From: Polyangiaceae bacterium
Lineage (GTDB): Bacteria > Myxococcota_A > Polyangia > Polyangiales > Polyangiaceae
Length of the DNA stretch: 64,000 nt
Assembly: GCA_965222375.1 (NCBI GenBank)
Contig: CBDCTZ010000013.1
Coordinates: 544,001 to 608,000, forward strand
Direction of reading: 5' to 3'
Shown here: positions 9,118 through 18,581 of the stretch, piece after piece
Position numbering within the stretch: position 1 is the stretch's first letter
How the letters are laid out: each line of letters starts with the position of its first letter
Notes under the pieces: generated by a model
What the model saw: the letters and a program-made list of their open reading frames with translations, nothing else
What the model was told of the DNA's origin: nothing
The model's database searches: none
Program-made: the position numbers and the translations under genes

Positions 9118-10866
9118 TCAGCGTCGCTGGTTGCAGGCCGAGTCCGGGAGCTTCGGTTTGCGGTCGAATCCCTGGCCCGTGACGAAGCCGCCGCTCGGAC
9201 GAAAGCTGAGCCGGACGCTCTTTCCCCCGCGCTGCACGTCGAGCACGACGTCCCGCTCCAAGTCGCCCTTCACGTTCCGAATGACCTTGATGACGTCACC
9301 TTCGCGAAGTCCGGCCCGAGCCGCGCTGCCCTTTGCGACCACCTGCGTTGCCAGAGTCGTTCCTTCTTCGTCAGTCGAGGGAACAAAACCTGGATTGTAG
9401 ATTTCGTAGCGACGCCTTGCCGTGGCGAAACAAGGGCCCATGGTCTCTAGGGGAGCCACGGGCAAGCTATCACCTCGCAGTACTCCCGAGTCCAGCCTAA
9501 GAGCGTTTTCGCCAAGCTCCTTTTGCACCACGGTGACGAAGGCGTTGGGGCTGAGGGGAGCGCGCTTCTCCCGCGCCTGGGCGTACAACTCTTTGAGCAC
9601 ATGATCCAAGCTGCGCTTGCCATTGCTCTTCTTCCGAATTGCACCGTCTAGCACCAGCGCGTAGAGCGCACCTCGCGCCACGATGATTGCGGCCGCCGCG
9701 TCCGGGTCTGCGCGCTTGAGGGCGTGTAGAGGTGTCTTCTTCAACGGGCTCGTCGCGTAGATGCGCAGCATCTGCTCGACGTCGTTTCGAAATTCCTCTG
9801 GGGTGAGGAGGCCAAACCGAAATAGAAGCTCCCGGGTCACGGATCGATTCAACCCATCAAGGAACCACGCGCGCTCCTGGGGGAAGTCCACGTCCGAAGC
9901 GGCAACGGCCAACTCGGCACCTATCCACTCGCGCATCAATTGCTGCATCACGGCGATGCGCAGTGGGCCATCCCAGCGTTGCATCAGCCCAACTTGGACC
10001 AGCACCCCCCCGGCGCGGCGCCGGGCGTCAAACTGCCCTGGCTTTCTCGCATCGCTGTGGATGAGCAGGGTGCTGACCCTCGCGCGCTTGGCACCGAAGT
10101 ACTGGCGAGCGCCGCTTCGAAAGCCCGCCACCTCAGCGGCGACTTGTCGCGGATCGAAAGCCGAATACCCGAGCCAGCCCGCTCGGTCGGCGCCCTCGGG
10201 AGCGGAAAACTCTGCGACACCCACGTCTCCGATCAGAAGGGTGCTCCGCCACAAGGCGACGTTGGAGAGGGTGGCGCTGCTAGTGGTTCCTAACCCCAAG
10301 GTCGACGCTACCGTCGCCCTGGGACTGAACCCCCTTGCGTCGACGGAAATCCCGACGGGCACTCGCGTCTTGCGACTCCCCTCCGGCAATAACAGGACAG
10401 CCTCGCCGGACAGGCGGGCTTGGTTGGGGTCCATGGCTGGCGACAGGGCCTCGTCTGCGGCGAAGGCCTGCGCGGCAATCGTGTAGCGCGCAGTGACCTT
10501 GCCCTGAGGCGCGCGAGACAGCACCGCGCGCAGAGCGAAGCGCGATCCCCGCGCTACTTCATGCGGAACCAAGCCGGCATCGTCGGTGAAGCGAAGCGCA
10601 CCCAGCACTTTGGCACCCTGGGGCGCTTCCCAACGCCTGCTGCCCTCATGCAGATGGCTATCGATCTCGACTTCGAACCGGCCGTTCGTGGGTACCGGCC
10701 TGATCCGTATTTCGAGCACACCGGCCGGCGACGCGGGAGCCGCGCGTGCCGAGTGCGGCGTTTCATCGAGCCGTTCAGCGCCGGCGCAGGGCCGTACGGG
10801 ACTAGGCTGCGCAGAACCGCAGGCGACCAGCGCGCTGGTCAATAGAGGCAAGACGAGGGAGCGCAT
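9118..10866 (-). CDS. M61 glycyl-aminopeptidase-like lipoprotein with C-terminal PDZ domain; catalytic motif degenerate
   Basis: LVAC lipobox; M61-like RGALYALVLDGAIRKKSNGKRSLDHVLKEL; PDZ GSAARAGLREGDVI; expected HExxH reads QQLMR. Confidence 0.7.
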   Translation of the reverse strand: MRSLVLPLLTSALVACGSAQPSPVRPCAGAERLDETPHSARAAPASPAGVLEIRIRPVPTNGRFEVEIDSHLHEGSRRWEAPQGAKVLGALRFTDDAGLVPHEVARGSRFALRAVLSRAPQGKVTARYTIAAQAFAADEALSPAMDPNQARLSGEAVLLLPEGSRKTRVPVGISVDARGFSPRATVASTLGLGTTSSATLSNVALWRSTLLIGDVGVAEFSAPEGADRAGWLGYSAFDPRQVAAEVAGFRSGARQYFGAKRARVSTLLIHSDARKPGQFDARRRAGGVLVQVGLMQRWDGPLRIAVMQQLMREWIGAELAVAASDVDFPQERAWFLDGLNRSVTRELLFRFGLLTPEEFRNDVEQMLRIYATSPLKKTPLHALKRADPDAAAAIIVARGALYALVLDGAIRKKSNGKRSLDHVLKELYAQAREKRAPLSPNAFVTVVQKELGENALRLDSGVLRGDSLPVAPLETMGPCFATARRRYEIYNPGFVPSTDEEGTTLATQVVAKGSAARAGLREGDVIKVIRNVKGDLERDVVLDVQRGGKSVRLSFRPSGGFVTGQGFDRKPKLPDSACNQRR

Positions 10867-10888
10867 CAGCCAGGCGGACTGCCCCACC

Positions 10889-11857
10889 TCACTGACAAAC
10901 ACCGCCAACACACGTTTGGCCGCCAGCGCAGGCTCTGCCGCACCGACCGCAGTTCGCGACATCCGTCTGAAGATCTTTGCAGCCCGCGGGGCTGGAGCAG
11001 CACGTCGTTCCAGCGGCGCACGCGCCTCCGCCGTTGCAGGAGCACTTCAAGTTCGGGCCGGCGGCTTTGCAGGCCTCACCCGGCCGACAGATGGTGGCGT
11101 TACACACACAGAGCCCAGTGCCACTGCAGGACGCGGTGCCCGGAGCTCCGACATTCTTGCACTGAGCCGCCGCGGTGCAGCCGCAGGTCAAGTTGCTACA
11201 CGTGAATCCAATGGGAAAGCCCTGAGCAGTGCAATCGTTGAAGCAATTGCCGCAGTGGACGTCATTGGAGACATTCAAGTTGACGCAGGTGCCGCCGCAC
11301 AAGGTCTCGCTACCGCCACAACCGCCGCCACTGCCGCCGGTCGCTCCACCTGTGCCACCCGTGGCCCCGCCGGTACCGCCCGTCACTCCACCTGTGCCAC
11401 CCGTGGCCCCGCCGATACCGCCCGTCGCGCCACCCGTGCCACCGCTCGCTCCGCCGCTGCCACCGGTCGCTCCACCTGTGCCACCTGTGGCCCCACCGGT
11501 ACCGCCCGTCGCGCCACCCGTGCCACCGCTCGCTCCGCCGCCACCGGTCGCGCCACCTGTGCCACCCGTGGTCCCGCCAGTACCGCCCGTCGCGCCACCC
11601 GTGCCACCGCTCGCTCCGCCGCTGCCACCGGTGGCTCCACCGGATCCGCCGGGCGCACCAGCACTGCCTCCCGTCGCGCCCGCAGAGCCGCCGCCACCCG
11701 TGGCCGCAACGCCGCCGCTGCCCGTACCGCCAGCTCCGGAGCCCGCCACCGCGCCGGTAGAGCCCGCATCCTGGCCATCCGCCACGGTGAACTGGTCGTA
11801 GTCGTTCGTACACGCGACGGGCGCGAGCATCGCCAGGAGCCAAGCACAGCGTCGCAT
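10889..11857 (-). CDS. Lipoprotein with long Gly/Thr linker and Cys-rich (MXAN_6577/Stig1-like) repeats
   Basis: PVAC lipobox; CGGTCVNL..HCGNC and DLQTDVANCGRCGRAC repeats. Confidence 0.8.
   Translation of the reverse strand: MRRCAWLLAMLAPVACTNDYDQFTVADGQDAGSTGAVAGSGAGGTGSGGVAATGGGGSAGATGGSAGAPGGSGGATGGSGGASGGTGGATGGTGGTTGGTGGATGGGGASGGTGGATGGTGGATGGTGGATGGSGGASGGTGGATGGIGGATGGTGGVTGGTGGATGGTGGATGGSGGGCGGSETLCGGTCVNLNVSNDVHCGNCFNDCTAQGFPIGFTCSNLTCGCTAAAQCKNVGAPGTASCSGTGLCVCNATICRPGEACKAAGPNLKCSCNGGGACAAGTTCCSSPAGCKDLQTDVANCGRCGRACAGGQTCVGGVCQ
11330..11650 (-). repeat. 21-bp degenerate coding tandem repeat (GGTGGAT)n
   Basis: About 15 heptapeptide copies in the lipoprotein linker; produces a spurious Pro/Val ORF on the + strand. 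Confidence 0.85.
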
Positions 11858-12876
11858 CAGAACCGCCCACTCACCGTGACGGACCCGGGCCCAACGCCGA
11901 CTCGAGTGGGTTTTTCCCCACCAGAATCCAAAGCGAATAGCGCGATGCTAGTTCCCACGCCAACGACACCGACGACCAGCCCAACATTGGCAAAGGTCTG
12001 GTAGTTCCGCCCAGTGTCGATGTCAGACTGGGTGCCGGCCGGGCAGGGCCCCCCTTTGCACTCGTCCTCCAGGTCCTTGAACTTCGAGTTGTTCAGGGCC
12101 CCCAACACCGCGAAAGTCGCTAGCCCAGCAACGCCGACACCGCCGGCGATGAAGGCGTAGGGCTTGAGGGATGTGGCTTCCTCCTGCGGCGCAGGCTTGT
12201 CTTCCTGAGGCGGCGGCAGGGGCGCATCCTGGATCGGCGTAACGGCCGGCACCTCCGGTTGGGGTTCCGACTCCGCAAGATCGATAGCAACACTTCCTTC
12301 ACTTCCTGGCGATACCGTGATGGTTCGAATGACGCTACCTCGAGCCGGGATCTTGGCAACGATCTGGATCTTACCCGCCGCGACGGCGATGGGGTTCGCC
12401 AGATCCGCCACAGTGACGCGGCGCGCGCCAACGGTCAGAACCGTACCGTCGGGGATACTCTCCACCGTGAGCGTGACGAACGCGATTTGCTTGCGCAACG
12501 CCTCGACCTCGGCGCGACCAGCCTTCGCAGCCTTTGCGTACTTCTTTTCCTTGCTCGCCGCGAGATCCGCATCTGCAACCGCGCCGGAGAACTCGTCGTA
12601 GGCTTCGCCAACTCGTCCCAATTCCCTCAGGCACCTAGCTATTTGGAGGCGGGTATTGGGACTGGCCACTATTTCCCACGACGCCCGGTACGCCGAGACA
12701 GCCTCCTCGAAACGCCTAGCGTCGAAGAGTTCGTCCGCCGCCAAGAACGTCTTCTGGGCGCCTCGCCACTGCTCTTGGGTGGCGTCCCCGACGGGTACAC
12801 CCTTGGCAAACGCTGGGCGCGGCCCGGCCAGCATCGCCGCAAAAAGGCCGATCAGAAGGAAGCGGGGCGTACCCAT
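11857..12876 (-). CDS. Secreted TPR + PEGA-like domain protein
   Basis: Signal peptide MGTPRFLL..AFA, TPR helices (ASPNTRLQIARCLRELGR), beta domain, hydrophobic hairpin, terminal VSGRF. Confidence 0.85.
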   Translation of the reverse strand: MGTPRFLLIGLFAAMLAGPRPAFAKGVPVGDATQEQWRGAQKTFLAADELFDARRFEEAVSAYRASWEIVASPNTRLQIARCLRELGRVGEAYDEFSGAVADADLAASKEKKYAKAAKAGRAEVEALRKQIAFVTLTVESIPDGTVLTVGARRVTVADLANPIAVAAGKIQIVAKIPARGSVIRTITVSPGSEGSVAIDLAESEPQPEVPAVTPIQDAPLPPPQEDKPAPQEEATSLKPYAFIAGGVGVAGLATFAVLGALNNSKFKDLEDECKGGPCPAGTQSDIDTGRNYQTFANVGLVVGVVGVGTSIALFALDSGGEKPTRVGVGPGSVTVSGRF

Positions 12877-12904
12877 GCGAGCGGGAACATAGCATGGACA
12901 GCCA

Positions 12905-15352
12905 TTAAATCCCTTCCGGTCTGTAGGGGCCCGAGGGTGCGGGCGGGGGTGCCTCGGCATCGGGTGCTGGCTCCTGTGTTGGAGGCGCAGAGGCTTCGGG
13001 CTCAACGCCAGCGGAGGGTTTTGGGAACCCAAGCCAGCCCGATGGGACTTGGCGAACGGGCGCGCCCTGGGCCGCGGTCGGTTCGGTTGCTGGCGGGGCC
13101 GGGTCGGGATCTGTCGTTTCACCCGTCGCCGGGGCCGGCGGCGCGACGGCCGGTGACGGCGGCGCCGGCGGCGACGCCACCGGCGCGACCTCGTCGTCCG
13201 ACTTACGCACACTCAGACTGACGATGATGAAGACCAGGAGCGCCACAACGCCAAGGGCGAGCCACACTCCGTAACGGCCCCCAGGCGCAGTCTTGGCGGA
13301 CGGCGCGACCGGCGCTACGAGCTCGACGGGGCGCGACTGCGCGGCGGGAGCGGAGGTCGACACCTTTGGAGCCTCCGATGGTTCTTTTTTCTCGGAGGCA
13401 GCGCCACCTTCCGCCGCGGAGACCTGCGCTGGCACGTCCGAGCGGACTGATTTCGAAGCGGCTTGCTCAGCTTCGGTTTCTGGCATGACTAGGGTCATGC
13501 GATCGTGCACATCCCCTCCTGGCGCAGGTACGACGGGAGTCTTCAGCGCGGCTGGGCGCTTGGGAGGGTAGGCTCCGAGGGGCAGTGTGTCGTGCTTGCG
13601 CGCAGGCGCCGGGTCGGTCTTCGCCCGAGCCGATGCGACCAGACGCTCGCGTTCATCGGCGGGTAGCGACGGTGGAACACTGTCGAAGACGAATTCATCC
13701 TCCAGCCCTGGCGCCTTGGCACGGGCTGCGGCTGGCTCGGATTTCGCTTTGGGTGGAGCGGACTTCGCTGCTACTGTGGACGCGACAGACGCTGCCTTGG
13801 GTGCTGAAGATGCGGGCCTCGGCGCAGCAGACGCGGGGTTGGGCGCCGCAGATGCTGCCTTGGGCGCAGCGGACTTCGGGCGGACCGACGCCGTCTTGGG
13901 CTCGACGGACTTGGCCGTGAGCCCCGCGTCGGCCTTCGTCGCCCCAAAGGGGAGCGTGGCGTCGAACTTGATGGGCGCACCCGGCTTGAGAACACCCGGG
14001 GATGCCGCGGATGGCTGTTCCGACTCAGGCTTGGGCAGGGGTACGGACACGGGCCTGGGCGGGGGACGACTCCGGCGGACCGCGCGCTCGGATGCAGGAC
14101 GGAGGGCGGCACGTTGCGAAGGACGCTCGCGGCCCGTACCCTCGACCTCGATCGCGGGAAACTGAAGGGTAGACTTCTTGGAAGGCCCTGCGGCAAGCTC
14201 CGGCGACCCTGGAGCGTCGGGGCCGGGAACCTTGACCGGAGCCGGGGCTTTCTCGGAAGTTTCAGGAGTGGGAGGGGGGCTCGATGGCCGGCCCAAATCG
14301 TCCTCCACAGCACCTGCGAGAGTAAACTCGAGGATTTCCCGGCGCGCGTGGAGCCCTGGTCCCGCCAAGCGCTCCACGGTTGCCGCCACTTGCTGCGAAG
14401 TCGCAAACAGGCCGCGACCCATGCCAGCGATGACCACAGCGAGCTTGTCCAAGTTTGGGTACCGCTTGAGGGGATCCCTAAGCAGCATGTTGCGGAGCAT
14501 GTCCACGACCATGAAGGGCACCGACGCACTCTGCTCCGGAAGCCGATCCAGGGGCGTGATCGGTCCATGCATCAGCGAGTGCTCGATGGCGTCAGAGGCT
14601 TCTTCGACTTCTTCATGCAAGCGCGTCGCACTGCCGAATAGCGCGCGCCCCGCCATCATTTCCCAGGCCAACACGCCAGCAGAAAACACGTCGCAGCGAC
14701 CAGTCCCGCTCTGGCCGCGAGTTATTTGTTCTGGCGCACGGTACGGTAGAGCAGCCGTGTGTCGAAGCATGCTGGGGTGACGAGTGAGGGCGCCCACGAT
14801 CCCAACCTCCGTGACCAGGACGTCACCACCACTCGTCAAAATCACACCATCCGGCGACAGACCACCGTGGGTCACGCCACTCAGCTCTTTGTCCGCCGAC
14901 GCGACCATCTGAGACCATTGCTTGTGCGCGGCGCGCTGGGCCTCCACGATGTCGGCCAACACCGTGAGCGCAACAGGTGGCGAGATCGGACTCGTGCTCT
15001 TGGCCGCAAGCCGAAGCAGCGCGCCCAAGGACTCGCCTTCGGTGTACTCGCTGACGACCGTAAGGCGACCGGAATCGTCAACAACATCGAGCACCGGCGA
15101 GAGGTTCGGGTGTCGGATGACCATGGCGGTCACCGCTGCTCGGGTCAGCAGCTGCATCTCCGGAAGGCTCAAGTGCTCCGTTGGAAACTGACGCAGCGAG
15201 ACCAACCGCCCCGGTGAATCGCCCGTGACCGCAGAAGCGAGCCAGCGCCGGCCGAAGGCACAATCGAACTCGACGATGGCCTCGTACTGGCCGATCCGCC
15301 GCAACCCGCCAAGAGAGGGCGCCGATTTCGTCAGCTCAGGCAACGCCAACAC
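12905..15352 (-). CDS. Membrane Ser/Thr protein kinase-like protein, predicted pseudokinase
   Basis: Kinase scaffold (RHPNL, EYTEGESL, YRAPEQ, DVFSAGVLAWEM) with degenerate catalytic motifs; Pro/Ala linker and one TM helix. Confidence 0.8.
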   Translation of the reverse strand: MLALPELTKSAPSLGGLRRIGQYEAIVEFDCAFGRRWLASAVTGDSPGRLVSLRQFPTEHLSLPEMQLLTRAAVTAMVIRHPNLSPVLDVVDDSGRLTVVSEYTEGESLGALLRLAAKSTSPISPPVALTVLADIVEAQRAAHKQWSQMVASADKELSGVTHGGLSPDGVILTSGGDVLVTEVGIVGALTRHPSMLRHTAALPYRAPEQITRGQSGTGRCDVFSAGVLAWEMMAGRALFGSATRLHEEVEEASDAIEHSLMHGPITPLDRLPEQSASVPFMVVDMLRNMLLRDPLKRYPNLDKLAVVIAGMGRGLFATSQQVAATVERLAGPGLHARREILEFTLAGAVEDDLGRPSSPPPTPETSEKAPAPVKVPGPDAPGSPELAAGPSKKSTLQFPAIEVEGTGRERPSQRAALRPASERAVRRSRPPPRPVSVPLPKPESEQPSAASPGVLKPGAPIKFDATLPFGATKADAGLTAKSVEPKTASVRPKSAAPKAASAAPNPASAAPRPASSAPKAASVASTVAAKSAPPKAKSEPAAARAKAPGLEDEFVFDSVPPSLPADERERLVASARAKTDPAPARKHDTLPLGAYPPKRPAALKTPVVPAPGGDVHDRMTLVMPETEAEQAASKSVRSDVPAQVSAAEGGAASEKKEPSEAPKVSTSAPAAQSRPVELVAPVAPSAKTAPGGRYGVWLALGVVALLVFIIVSLSVRKSDDEVAPVASPPAPPSPAVAPPAPATGETTDPDPAPPATEPTAAQGAPVRQVPSGWLGFPKPSAGVEPEASAPPTQEPAPDAEAPPPAPSGPYRPEGI

Positions 15353-15489
15353 CTTCGCCGATTTGGGCTAGAGGGCAATACGGAAACGGCGTAGTCGGGG
15401 TCACGGGCGCTCCCCTCCACGCTAGCAGAGAGCGACGCCACGCCCGAGCCAGGAGGCCAGCGCGCGGAAATTTCGCAGCCTCGGAGCGC

Positions 15490-16335
15490 TCACTCCGGGC
15501 GGGGCGCGGCAGCGAGTTCGGTCACCAGCCCAAAATGGTCCGAGGGCCAGATGCCTTCGGATTCTTTGCAGAACGCAAGTTCGGTCTTGAGGGGCTCGCC
15601 GCGGAACTTCCGATCGGGACCTCGCGAGAAGATGTAGTCGATGCGACGCGGCGGCTCGTGGGCCAACGCCGCAAAGCGGTTCTTGCGATCAAACGTGTAC
15701 CCGGGCGTTCCGTCGCCGGCGTAGATCCAGGCGTCGGCGAAGTACGCACTATTGCCTTCGATGCTCGCCAGGCCGCGCAGATAGCGGATCTCGTCCGAAT
15801 CCGGATCCGCGTTGAAGTCGCCCATCAGCACTGGCGGCAGTTTGCTCTCATCCACGGGGCATAGCTCAAAGATCGTGTCCACGATGAAGCGGACCTGGGC
15901 CAGGCGGTAGGTACCGTGGTGGAGCTTCCAGTTCAGGTGGGTGACGAAAGTGGGCAGCACGCCATGAGGCGTCTCTAGCTCCGCGAAGAGCAGCGACCGC
16001 GTTTCCCCACTTTCTCGACCTGGGAGAATGAACTGCCTTTGGCTCGAGATGGGAAACCGAGTCAGCACGGCATTTCCAAACATCAGCCCGCCCCCGTAGT
16101 CGGCCGCGGCCGCGAATGCCGAGTGAAGGCCGAAGCCCTCGCCTATCTCTGTGGCTTGGCAACGCTCCGCAGAGACGGCGTCGCTACCATCTTGTTGGAG
16201 CCGCAAGACCTCCTGCAATCCGAGAATATCCGGACGCAGGGTATCGAGCTCCTCCCGAATGCGCTTCACCCGTTCCGGCCAGGGGCCGGACTTGTTCCAA
16301 ATGTTGAGGCAAGCAACCTTGATGGTGTCGGTCAT
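15490..16335 (-). CDS. Endonuclease/exonuclease/phosphatase (EEP) family protein
   Basis: LNIW, LQEV, THL, MGDFNA, RIDYIF and SDH motifs. Confidence 0.92.
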   Translation of the reverse strand: MTDTIKVACLNIWNKSGPWPERVKRIREELDTLRPDILGLQEVLRLQQDGSDAVSAERCQATEIGEGFGLHSAFAAAADYGGGLMFGNAVLTRFPISSQRQFILPGRESGETRSLLFAELETPHGVLPTFVTHLNWKLHHGTYRLAQVRFIVDTIFELCPVDESKLPPVLMGDFNADPDSDEIRYLRGLASIEGNSAYFADAWIYAGDGTPGYTFDRKNRFAALAHEPPRRIDYIFSRGPDRKFRGEPLKTELAFCKESEGIWPSDHFGLVTELAAAPRPE

Positions 16336-16393
16336 GGCTAGTGCTTCTCCTGCGCAGAAGGTTGCATCGCTCCAACCTCGATCGGCAATGGCA

Positions 16394-16972
16394 TCATGCC
16401 TCCTGCCAGGGTGGCTCGCGCTGCGCGCGCTCGCAAATGCGCTGATACACCCGGCGCGCGACGGGCAAGTCCATGTGGCGGAAATTCTTTTCGTTCTCCC
16501 AAAACTCGTGCAGATCCCCCCGCTTCGTGCGTTCGTAGACCAACACTTTGATCATCATTTGAATCTTGTCGGCCGCGCGCACGATGCGAGCCTCCAAGCT
16601 CTCGCCTGCCTCTGCTTGTCGCCAGGTTTCGAATAGCTCGTCGGGCAATAGTCCTTTGGCGATCTGCACTTCCAGCTGGTCTAAGGCCCGGGAAAGCTCG
16701 GGCGTCTTGCTCGGCATGGGCACGTCCCCGGTCTTTGCCTCGGGCGCGTCATGTAACACCGCCATGCGCAACACGCGCTCGCCGTCGACGCTCTGACCTT
16801 CTGCTCGCAGCGCATCCGTCAGCATCATGGCCACGAGCGTAACGCCGAGACAGTGGGCAGCGATGCTTTCGCAGGGCCGCACGCCGCGCAGCAACCAACC
16901 CGTGCGGGGCAACTCGCTCAGGCGATCCAATTGCATGACGGTGTCGATTATCTGGTCTTCGAGGTCAGGCAT
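16394..16972 (-). CDS. HD-domain hydrolase, YfbR/HDDC2-like 5'-deoxynucleotidase
   Basis: PRTGWLLRGV..ESIAAH, LHDAPEAKTGD, ADKIQM; start reassigned to MPDLEDQ. Confidence 0.88.
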   Translation of the reverse strand: MPDLEDQIIDTVMQLDRLSELPRTGWLLRGVRPCESIAAHCLGVTLVAMMLTDALRAEGQSVDGERVLRMAVLHDAPEAKTGDVPMPSKTPELSRALDQLEVQIAKGLLPDELFETWRQAEAGESLEARIVRAADKIQMMIKVLVYERTKRGDLHEFWENEKNFRHMDLPVARRVYQRICERAQREPPWQEA

Positions 16973-17072
16973 GTCCCGAGCAATGTGAGCACGACCACAA
17001 GCACACTCCAAGCTCCCATGGGTCCGCAGTTCGTGTTTGCGAAAGTTCGCCGACCGCGCATACTCTGAGCAG

Positions 17073-18452
17073 ATGTACTGGGCTCGCAGCATCAGTGTCT
17101 GCGCTCTGGCTCTGTCTTGCTCTGCGCAGGATGGGGGCGGCGTGGCTGCGGGGGATGCGGGCAGCCTGGATGGAGCTCGGCCGGACGCGACGGCCAAAGA
17201 CGGCGGCGGGCCCGACGGGGCGGGCGGCGCCGCACCCAACCTGCGCGACGATGGGAAACCGCCACCGTGGCGCTGGGACGAAATGGCAGCGCGCGTGATG
17301 GACAGCACCCGTCTGCAGAGCGCCTTGAGCGCCAACGGCAACGCCCCGCCCGCGGGTACGGAAATCTATGCCGCCCGGGTCGACGAAAACGCGCTCGGCC
17401 ATGGCTACGCGTTCTACGACTACGGCGCGGGAGCCTTCAGCCAAGCTTTTTGGCCCGCATCCACCATCAAGCTTCTCAGCTCCTTGGCCGCCCTGGACTG
17501 GGTGAAGAGCCAAGGCTTCACCGGGGCCGCGACGGTGAAGTGGCAGAGCGGTTTCTCCGACGTGATCCACAACATCGTCCGGCGCGCGATCCAGAAAAGC
17601 AGCAACGAAGACTACGATCGCACGGTCCGCATCGCTGGCTTTGACCAGCTCAACGCCGTCTGGCTCAGTCCCGAGCGCGGCTTTCCGACGACGGTCATCA
17701 AATCCAGCTACGCCGGCTTCGAGGTCAAGAACCCACCGGGCTACACCCTGAGCGAAGCGGGCAACTCGAAAATGATTCCCGCACGCGCGGCGACCGGTAG
17801 CTACCCCTGCAAGAGCGGCGGGAATAGCTGCGCCAACTTGTTCGAACTGACCGAAGCCGTACGCCGTGTCGTATGGCACGACCAGCTACCATCCCAGGAG
17901 CGTTTCGACCTCCCCGCCGCAGACCGCGCGGTCCTCGTGGACGCTTTGTGCACAGCTACGCCATCGTTCTTCGAAACCGGCGTGCAAGCTGCACTCGGCA
18001 GCGGCGCGCGCATCTGCCACAAGCCCGGCTGGGTGCCAAGCAACGACTCCCTGGACCACGGCGTGATTGAAGCCGCCGACGGTCGAAAGTTCTTGCTGGC
18101 GGCGGCAGTTCCGGATCCGGGGGACTCATCGTCCCAGGCCAAACTCGCAGGCATCGCCGAACACAGTCTGGCCGCACTGTCCGGGGCATCCGGCCAGACG
18201 TTTTACCTGCAACGCGACGCTGGCGCGGCCATCGTCGTCCAAGCAGACTCGTCGCAGCTCAGCATCTTCAGCGCCGGTGCGGATGAGATGGAGGTCTACT
18301 TCGACGGAACGCCATCGGCGGCTAGCCTCCAACCCGATGGCGTCTTCCAGGTCCAGGCCAGCCCCGGCGACTACGCGGGCAAGCTCGTCAGCCTGCGCGC
18401 CCTGAAGGGATCGACGTTGATCGCCGTACGCAACGTGGTGCTTGGGAGCTAG
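17073..18452 (+). CDS. Serine hydrolase lipoprotein, class A beta-lactamase-like fold
   Basis: PASTIK (SxxK), SSN (SxN), HKPG (KTG-like); LSC lipobox. Confidence 0.75.
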   Translation: MYWARSISVCALALSCSAQDGGGVAAGDAGSLDGARPDATAKDGGGPDGAGGAAPNLRDDGKPPPWRWDEMAARVMDSTRLQSALSANGNAPPAGTEIYAARVDENALGHGYAFYDYGAGAFSQAFWPASTIKLLSSLAALDWVKSQGFTGAATVKWQSGFSDVIHNIVRRAIQKSSNEDYDRTVRIAGFDQLNAVWLSPERGFPTTVIKSSYAGFEVKNPPGYTLSEAGNSKMIPARAATGSYPCKSGGNSCANLFELTEAVRRVVWHDQLPSQERFDLPAADRAVLVDALCTATPSFFETGVQAALGSGARICHKPGWVPSNDSLDHGVIEAADGRKFLLAAAVPDPGDSSSQAKLAGIAEHSLAALSGASGQTFYLQRDAGAAIVVQADSSQLSIFSAGADEMEVYFDGTPSAASLQPDGVFQVQASPGDYAGKLVSLRALKGSTLIAVRNVVLGS

Positions 18453-18581
18453 CCGCGCCCACCTAGAGCAGGCGCAACCAAAGCCCGAGCCCCCATCAGG
18501 TGTCATGACAACCCGGGCCCAGAGTTTGTTAGCCTGCAGCCGGCGGGGCTGACGGCACGGACCCGCCCCTCAGGAGGCAAG

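Noticed and set aside
11229..11801. Pro/Val-rich repeat ORF on the + strand
   Set aside because: Antisense shadow of the GGTGGAT linker of the minus-strand lipoprotein.
15490..16972. EEP + HD pair as an anti-phage nucleotide-depletion system
   Set aside because: Both look like ordinary housekeeping-type hydrolases and there is no defence-island context.
17073..18452. Bona fide antibiotic-resistance beta-lactamase
   Set aside because: Only fold-level motifs; KPG instead of KTG and no recognisable omega-loop ExxLN.
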